From Adineta vaga (lineage: Eukaryota; Animalia; Rotifera), in NCBI GenBank assembly GCA_021613535.1, contig CP075497.1:4836001-4900000 (forward strand): a DNA stretch of 64,000 nucleotides. Direction: 5' to 3'. The notes beneath the pieces are model-generated. The model was not told the origin of the DNA, made no database searches, and saw only the letters and a list, made by a program, of their open reading frames with translations. The position numbers were made by a program, and so were the translations under genes. Positions within the stretch are counted from its first letter, which is position 1. Each line of letters begins with the position of its first letter. This document shows positions 55,359 through 64,000 of the stretch, one piece after another.

Positions 55359-56025
55359 TTATCCATAATGATTGAAATGATCAGAAATACGTGTTCGAAA
55401 ATCACGCATTTTTTCATTCATACGATTGATTATTTGAAGAACTTTCTCTCGAATATAGATTCCATATCGTTGTAATTCATCCCGAACATTATGGAAGAAA
55501 TTTGTCTGAACAGATTCTACAGTGACTTCATCAATAACTTCGATATTTGTTGGATGTGTTGGTCGAGGTGCTAGGAAAGATAAAATCATTTCAAAATAGT
55601 TCATAATTTTCACTTCATAGGAAATTTACCAAGACTTTGACAGACTTCACAGCCTTCGGCAACGATTTGATCATCATCTTGAACGAAACACCATGGACCA
55701 TTGAGATTCATATCCGGATTACGACAATAATTTTTTGCTTCTTTTACTGATGGATCGTTGAAAAAATTTGGTTCAATTATAATATCAGGAAAGACAGTTT
55801 GTAAATCAGTCCATGTTAAACATTCATGTTCAAATTTCGAAAATGAATGTTTACCTTGATAATGAAGTATTCCATCAACAGTGATACTACAATCTGAAAG
55901 AGAAAAAGATCATGAAATCGAAATAAAGAACGTGAAAACATACCAGATATGTTTCTGAATATAACGGGTTTACCGTCAAGATAACCAACTAGAACAGCGA
56001 TGACTGTAAGCAATTGTAAGTACAT
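55359..56025 (-). CDS. Small secreted single-kringle protein, 3 exons
   Basis: Signal peptide. Exon 2 reads C..YQGKHS..ECLTW..NYCRNPD..GPWCF..CEVC. Helical C-terminus. Confidence 0.88.
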
Positions 56026-56977
56026 GACCGTTATGTCGTGCTTTTTTTGTATAGAATGAGATGATAGTATATCGATGCAAAGTTCTGGAAGTAATAATAA
56101 TACTCGATAGAAAAAAAGGAGAAAAAAAGATGGAATAAATCAGAAAGGATGTAGATCAATTACACGAAGAAGTTATATAACTCTGACAAACAAAATGAGA
56201 TGGGAATTGTATTGCTCTGCACTTAAGAGAATTTCGATTTTATATATCGAAAAGAAAATGAATGACTCATATTTTGAATTCATCGAGAAGTGAACGTTCT
56301 GTGTTTTTCGAGAATATAGTTTATGAATGTTCATTGTACATCGATGAATGACCGAAAGAATGACCAGTTATACTACATCGATGATTGGTGGTATTGAAAA
56401 GAAAAATGGCGAAATCACACGATCATTCTTTTATATATATGAATGAATGAATGATTCAAATTTCAATTCAATTATATGAACTCTGCTTTGACATTACAAA
56501 GATCATTTCATTTAATATCCGTTATTTCTAATGCAAACGTAGACTTTTGATTTCATAGAATATCTTTTAGGAATAGAATCAAAAGAAACGATACGTGCCA
56601 GAGAGAAAGAAGAAAAGGAACAATTCTGAAATAGATAATACCAGTCGGATCTGATTTTCATACATACGTAGATGTCACTAATGACTGATCATTGTGATTC
56701 AATTTTTTTCAATTTTTTTCAAAAAGTAAAATTAAGTTTCATCTTATACAAAGTTTTATGCTTTATTTCTCGAAAATAATAAGAAAAATTTTCATTTATT
56801 TTTTATCTGATAGGTTACTGATCTACACCTGTATCGAATCATTCCATCATCTGCGACGTGACGTTACGTTTTCTTTGAATCTACGTAACAATATTTCGTT
56901 AAATGTTTTATGAGCACAAACTCGACACATATTTTTCAAGATCTAATGTTTTTCTTAAATAAATTTTTATTTTTATT

Positions 56978-57739
56978 ATGAGCCGTTCATTCGGTAATTC
57001 ACATTCTTCAATATTATTGCAATCATCAATATCTTCACGAATGCCAACAGCACCTGGAACTGATTGGGAAGATTTACGTAAGCAAGCTCGACAGCATGAA
57101 AATGAAATCGATGCAAAATTAATGTCATTTTCGAAATTATGTTCGAATTATGTTGCACATGATCAAATTGATCCAGCGACAACTGCGCCTTCATCATTTG
57201 AAGGTATGTCTATGGAAATTGAAAAACTTCTTGAACGCTTATCGGATATTAACAAACGTATGTCAGATGTTGTTCCATCATTGCTTGGACCGAATTCGGC
57301 TGCAACACATACATTACAACGGCATCATGAAATTTTACAAGATTATCGTCGTGAATTTGAACGTACGAAAGCAAATATAAGAAATTTCAAAAATCGCGAA
57401 GATCTTCTAATGAATACGAATGCAAATAATTCTGATATGGCAACAGGTTTAAGTAGTCGTCGTCAAGATCTTTATCTTCGTGAAATGAATCATTTAAATA
57501 GTTCACATAAATTAATCGATACTAATTTAGAAATGGCATCGGCAATAAAAAAAGATTTATCTGATCAAAGAAGATATTTATTAAATATTACAACTAAAAT
57601 TAATTCTATTGCAAATCGTTTTCCATTGGTGAATAATGTTTTACAAAAAATAAAAATGAAAAAACGTAAAGATTCTCTTGTACTTGGCATTGTCATTGCA
57701 GTTTGTGTTATAATTCTTCTTCTTTATAGTCTTCGATAG
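56978..57739 (+). CDS. GOSR1: Golgi SNARE GOSR1/Gos28 (true start may be 57041)
   Basis: WEDLRKQARQHENEIDAKL, HTLQRHHEILQDY, NRFPLVN, C-terminal TM. Confidence 0.95.
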   Translation: MSRSFGNSHSSILLQSSISSRMPTAPGTDWEDLRKQARQHENEIDAKLMSFSKLCSNYVAHDQIDPATTAPSSFEGMSMEIEKLLERLSDINKRMSDVVPSLLGPNSAATHTLQRHHEILQDYRREFERTKANIRNFKNREDLLMNTNANNSDMATGLSSRRQDLYLREMNHLNSSHKLIDTNLEMASAIKKDLSDQRRYLLNITTKINSIANRFPLVNNVLQKIKMKKRKDSLVLGIVIAVCVIILLLYSLR

Positions 57740-58089
57740 AAGAAAACAAGTAGAAATATACATTTTTCTCTCGCTCTCTTTTTGTCATTTATTTCCCCTC
57801 TTTTTTTTGTGTATTTGGTTTTAACTTTATCGGCGATGATTTCATTTCTCTATTTTTTCTTGTTCTTAATAAAATAAAGAAGAAACAAGAACAAAAATCA
57901 CACCATTCACTTTTAGATATGAATTGTAATTTGAATCATCTCCTATACTTCGCACTTGTTATGTTGATCAATAATGAATATTCCTTAGAAATAAAACAGA
58001 TAGACATTGTTCAAGCGTATTATTGATCGGTTATCACAATTGACTTTATTTTGAATAGAACAGAGAATATTCAAGTTTTTATTTTCTAG

Positions 58090-58507
58090 ATGAATTCTAC
58101 CAGACAATCTGTTATTAGTTTATATAGACAATTACTTCGTGAATGTCATAAATTTTCACTTTATAATTATCGGTAAAATTTCTTCTTCTGTTTTGAAACA
58201 TTTTCTTTTTGAATTATTTCATTGGATTAGTGAATATTTTCTTCGACGTGTACATGAAGAATTTCAACAAAATCGTCAAATACAAGATTCATCGAAGATT
58301 TCGGAGTTATTAAAACGTGGACAAGCTAATCTTGCCGTTATACGAAGACAGGTAGATTTCAGAAATCATTATTCAAGTTTGTCAGATGATTTTCTTTGAA
58401 AATTCTAGGTGATTATTGGAAATCTTTATACACCAGAACAATGCTCGATTATTGAAAACCAACAACGTTTATCAAATTCTTCACAACAAAACAAAAGAAA
58501 CGAATAA
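58090..58507 (+). CDS. LYRM4: LYR-motif Fe-S biogenesis factor ISD11, 3 exons
   Basis: VISLYRQLLRECHKFSLYNYREYFLRRVHEEF...LAVIRRQVIIGNLY. Confidence 0.92.
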
Positions 58508-59080
58508 CTATCAAAACTTGTTATTGTTAAAGTAGTTTTTCCTATTTTTGTTTAATACAAATTATCCCAGAAACGATTTAACCTTTGTTTTTCGTCTGGA
58601 AAATTCTTCTGCAATTCGACAAATCAGTAGAAATTACCTATAGGTTTCATATTCATTTCATTTTGACGAATATCTATTCGATAACATTCATAGTGAAATG
58701 AAAAGAAAATCAAAGTAACAATTGAAGAAATCATTTGTATGAGATATATGTTCAATAATCAATACAACAATGAATTGACATATAAAATACAAGTTTTATT
58801 CAATAGCTCTCTATATGAGCATGTGCATAGATAATGAAATTGAATCGTGTTCTTCTAAGGATAGAGATGAAGAACTTATAATCATTAGGTAGAATTAAAT
58901 GCATTTTAATATAGTTATTTTGTTGGGTCCTTCTTTTGTTCTGTCATTCATTTCTTTGCAATAAAAAAGATAGTCTTATCATCATGACACTATCACATAT
59001 TTTTCTTTATCTTTTCTGTTTATTAACCCTGAGCTTATCACGGTCTGTTTTTATTCATACATCTATCTTTTCTACTGAAG

Positions 59081-60838
59081 ATGAAAATGAATGTACCGAT
59101 GAAATTTTACTTAACGGTATGTTTTCTTCTGGTTTTATTACAAATATCATCAGCAACATGGAACAAACCTCGCCGTTTGAATATGATATCCCAATCACGA
59201 CGTGAAATTCGTGATGATCGATGCAAACAATTTCGAACCTTGACTCAAAAAGTTGATCATTTTGGTTTCACCAATATGGATACATATGAACAAAGATATA
59301 CATTGAATACAGATAGTTGGGAAGCTGGACGACCAATTTTCTTCTATGCTGGAAATGAAGGTTCGATGTAATTTAAATCTATCTATTTCTAAAGAGTCAT
59401 TACTATTTAGGTGATATCGATCTCTTCTGTGATAATACTGGTTTTAGTAAGTCAAACGATTTGTTTTCTCTGCAATTTGTGATGTATTTCTTTGAAATTT
59501 TCAGTGTGGGATATTGCACCCTTGTTTAACGCAATGGTTGTTTTTGGCGAACATCGTTATTATGGAGAATCATTACCCTATGGAAATCAATCTTATTCTA
59601 AACCAGAATACAGTACGAAAAAAGACTGCAACTAAAATAAAATGATTAAATTGAATTATTTTAATCTTATTTCTAGCACGATACTTAACGAGTGGACAAG
59701 CTCTTGCTGATTATGCTTATTTACTTGATTATATACGTAGTACAATCAAAGGTGCTGAACAAAGTCCAACTATTGTTTTTGGCGGATCGTATGGTGGAAT
59801 GTTAGCAGCTTACTTTCGAATGAAATATCCACATGTTGTTGCTGGTGCTCATGCAGCATCTGCACCTACTCTTCAAATGACAACACCCTGTGGATCATTT
59901 TTTCGAGTAAGAATTTTCTATTGAAAAATCATCGGATATTCAATTTTGTTTCTTATGAATGAAAGGTTGTCACACAAGATTTTCTCATAGAAAGTCCACA
60001 ATGTGTTGATATTATTCGATCATCTTGGGGTGCTATCAATCGTATTGCAGCAACATCAGGTGGTTTACAACGTTTGACAAATTTATTTAAACTCTGTCGA
60101 CCATTAGAATCAGGAGATGAATTGAAAAATTGGTTACTTGATATGTATGGAAATATTGCTATGGTTGATTATCCATATCCAACATCATTTCTTGCTGATT
60201 TACCTGCTTTTCCTGCTCGAGTTTATTGTGCAAACGTTACTGCATCCTCATTCGATAAAACTAATGATGATATCGACATTGTCCAAAGAATCGTTCGAGG
60301 AACAAATGTCTTTTTTAATTATACTGGTCAAACGGATTGTTTTGACACTGGCTCACAAGGTAAATAAAAATTGATCGAAATGTTCTGATGTGAATCTATG
60401 AAACAAAAATATTTAGGCACACCGAGTATTGGCGATCTAGGTTGGTCATATCAAGCATGTACTGAATTTGTTATGCCAATGTGTTCGGATGGTGTCAATG
60501 ATATGTTTGAAAAACAGGATTGGAATTTTCAAGCATTTTCTGATTCTTGCTTTGCACAATGGAGTGTTCGACCACGTTCTGAATGGCCTTATATTGAATA
60601 TGGTGGTAAAAATGTAACTAATTTACGTTATTATTCAAATATTGCTTTTACAAATGGAAATCTTGATCCATGGTCACCTGGTGGTGTTCGTGTACAAGTT
60701 GCTCCAACGCTTCCAGCTATATTAATTACTGGTGGTGCTCATCATCTTGATTTACGTTCAGCAAATAAAGCAGATCCACCAAGTGTTTTACAAGCACGTC
60801 AAGAAATAGTGGCTTTGATTGAAAAATGGATTTCATAA
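59081..60838 (+). CDS. PRCP: Lysosomal Pro-X carboxypeptidase (peptidase S28), 6 exons
   Basis: [58 protein letters not shown]. Confidence 0.95.
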
Positions 60839-61050
60839 GCTTGACAATATTCTTTTTCAAATACAGACTTTTATCAAACAGAAAAATAAAAATTACGACA
60901 CAGATTTTCTTTTTTTTTCGTGAAAATTTAAAAAATATACATAAATAATCTAAGGTTCGTTTTGTTATACATACAAATTGCGCATTTATTTATAGAAAAG
61001 CAGAGACAGAGAGACAGAGAGAGAGGTTTGACGTGTGATACTATTCATAT

Positions 61051-64000
61051 CTAAGGTGTACTAAGTTGAACGGTAGGACCCATTTCTGATGGTTGATAGA
61101 GATTAGGACGAGCTTTAAAGCGTTTTGTTGCAATATCAATTTCATAAGTAGCTCCACGAATATAATTCGTCGTGATTTTTTCTCCTTCTGGTGCATGAAC
61201 ATAACCCAAGCATACCTTAAATGATAATAAAAAAAATATTATGATTGAATACAATTCTTTGTACTTGTTTTCCAAGTGTAAAACCATATGCTGTTGAAGT
61301 TACGAAACCACAAAATTCTCCATTTCGATAAATTGGTTCCCCACTCCATGGCCTATAGATGAAGAATATAATCACATATTAAATGAATTTCAGTCTATTT
61401 ACCATGGATCAAGATCAATATCATGATCTTCCAGAAGAAATTGTATGAACCTTTTTTGTATACCTTCATTTTTTTGTTTCAATAGAGCTGCTTTACCAAT
61501 AAATTCTTTCTAGAAAAAATGGTTCAATTGAAAATTAAAACAAATTCATCGAACAATTTCATTTCTTACATCAAATGAAACACGAAATTCACGATTTAAA
61601 TCAAAAGGTGTAGTTTTTTTATCAATATCTTGTCCCCAAAATGCAAACATTCTCTCAATACGAAGAGTTCGTTGAGCAAAATAACTAAAAATAGCCATTT
61701 TATTTAAATATTTGAATTCAATCTCTTCTTACCCAGCATTAATTATTCCGTAATCTTTTCCTTGTTCCATCAATTGTTCATATACACATAAAGCATACTG
61801 AGAATAACAAACATTTCACATCATAGAACATTCAAAAAGAAATCTTCTTACTTCTGATGGAATATAAAGCATAAAACCATCTTCACCTGTATGAGTTAAT
61901 CTCATTGCGTAAATGTGACTAACAAAACCAACATCAATTTCCTTAAAATAACACAAAAAAGAACGTTATGTTTATTCAAAATAGAATGAATGATTTTAGG
62001 TAATTACTCGACAAGTCATTCGCGCGAAATCATTAAAATTTTCATCACTTAATTCTGATAGTAAATATTTTGCTTTTGGTCCAATAACATTTAATGCTGT
62101 GTAAAGTGATGTGACATCCGAAAGAAACACAGATCCATCTTCTGGAACATGAGATTTTAACCATTTCATACTTCGAGTTGATTGAGATGTTGGACTGATT
62201 ATAAGAAAGCTGAAAAACGAATGACGACAATGATAGAATTTATATTTCAATGTCATAATCTTACTGATAATCATCAAGACGTATAACAGAACAATCATTT
62301 TCATATCCACCTTGTTCATTTAACATCCCTGTATGAATAACAGTGCCAATTGGTTTATCAATATTATTTGCACATAGCATTTGTAAGAAATCCACAACAC
62401 TTCGATTAGCTGATTTAAGTTCATATTTGGTGAATGATGTCATATCAATAATAGCTACACCTTTTCGACATACATTATATTCTCGTTTAACAATATTAAA
62501 CCAACGTGCTTTACCAAATGTACCTTGTTTACTGAGATCATCAACATTTTCTCCTAAGAAAAAGAAAATAAGAAATGTGAAGGTAAAATGTATGCGATCG
62601 ATTGAAATACTTTTTTCAAATTCATCTAAATTAAAGAACAAAGGACGTTCATATCCAAGTACTTCACCAAAGACAGCACCAGCTGCTTGTAATTTTGGAT
62701 GTAGAGGTGAAACACGTAATTTTCGTCCCGTTCGATATAATGACATGCCATAAGTTGGATATTTCAATGAATATTGTTTTCCTAAAAAAAAGTAATATTC
62801 CAATGAATATCAACAAAGAAGAACAAACTTACCAGGAATTTCACGAAGACGATCTTTTAAAAATCGTTTATTGGTATGTAAACGCATAAAACGACGAATA
62901 TCTATTGGCCACGTACTCAAGTCAGTATTTCCTGTATGTATTAATTCAGCAATAAATTTTCCCACACCACCAGCAACAGCTATTCCATGTCCATTAGTAC
63001 CTGATGCAACAAAATAATTGTCAATCTAGATATAAATATGTTTAGTTTTGTATCATTAACAAATGAATCGATTACAAACTTCAGCAGATTCATTCATAAT
63101 CAATAGACCATCAGGTGTAAAACTATCAGCTCCTGTAATCAATGTCTCATATTCACTAGTGCCTAATATTGGAAGTCGTTTGATAGCATTATTCAATATC
63201 CAATCTATGAAGAAACAAATCGTTTATTAGAGAAATAAAATGAAAGTACGTACGAAAATCATCCCAATTATCAGGTAAAAGTGAATAATTAAAATTTTCT
63301 GGTACACCATTTGAAAAAATAGGTTTTGATTCTCGAAGAAAGCCACCAATTAACACACTTTGATCGACTAATGGTTGAATATAAAAACGTTCATCTGGAT
63401 TGTGAACAATCGGGCAATCTTTTGGGAAATTAGCTATCGGTTTCGTCTTTAAACACATATATTCTAAATAGTATCAATTGAATATCGAATTATTGACTAA
63501 TGAAACTTACCACAAGCTTGTGTAGGAATACGTACACCTGGTGAAGATCGATATCCGAGTTCTCGAGCCCACTGAAAAAAAATAGATCATTGTTGATGAT
63601 AGTTAAGTTTTCGATAAGAAAATTTCTTACCAATCCTGTACAATTGATAAATACATCACATTTGACATCACCCTGCGATGTAACAACACTCGTCACACGA
63701 TCATATTGACCAGCACGTTGTTTTTCAGTGAGAATTTCTTTAACATAACAATCTTCAATTATTTTCACACCTAAATGAAAATTTTACTGTATTCGTTACC
63801 GGATATCGATAGAAAATTCAATTTTCTTATACCTTTATCTATCGCTAATTTAGCAAATGTTAAAGCAAGTGGTATAGGATCAACCATAAAATCATCTTTT
63901 ACCCATAAACCACCCTATACATAAAATTTATTTGAATATTTAATTTAAATCGACGTTTTATTCCTTTACCCAAATTTCATGTGGATCAAGAATCGGTAGT
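61051..64000 (-). CDS. PDPR: Pyruvate dehydrogenase phosphatase regulatory subunit (DAO/GcvT family), 5' end outside window
   Basis: FTPDG, TGRKLRVSPLH, GEVLGYERP, IDMTSFTK, HTGMLNEQGGYENDCS, LRIERMFAFWGQD, PWPWSGEPIYR, YEIDIA. Confidence 0.88.

Overview
Gene-dense, AT-rich eukaryotic (animal) DNA with very short (~45-65 nt) GT-AG introns and a few intronless genes that look bacterial. This style is most consistent with a bdelloid rotifer (inference only). I spliced about 27 genes by hand. Recognisable genes: LYRM7, cytosolic SerRS, TMEM231, a LIM-only protein, ANKUB1, an atypical aquaporin, a bacterial-type gluconolactonase, KAT6-type MYST HAT, RPL14, vasa, a divergent homeobox gene, myosin III, WDR86, two tetraspanins, two Ig-domain genes, DUF4385, a kringle protein, GOSR1, LYRM4, PRCP and a partial PDPR. 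Best leads: (1) a multi-exon gene at 14929-18226 that appears to fuse a DSGxxS phosphodegron, a USP-like domain lacking its catalytic Cys, and a divergent Rel-homology/IPT region; (2) a repeated tetraspanin-then-Ig gene arrangement in which both Ig genes carry in-frame TGA codons, and one hosts a probably horizontally acquired DUF4385 gene in its first intron; (3) tightly spaced same-strand gene pairs with apparently unpaired splice acceptors, suggesting trans-spliced operons. All family calls come from remembered motifs, not database searches.
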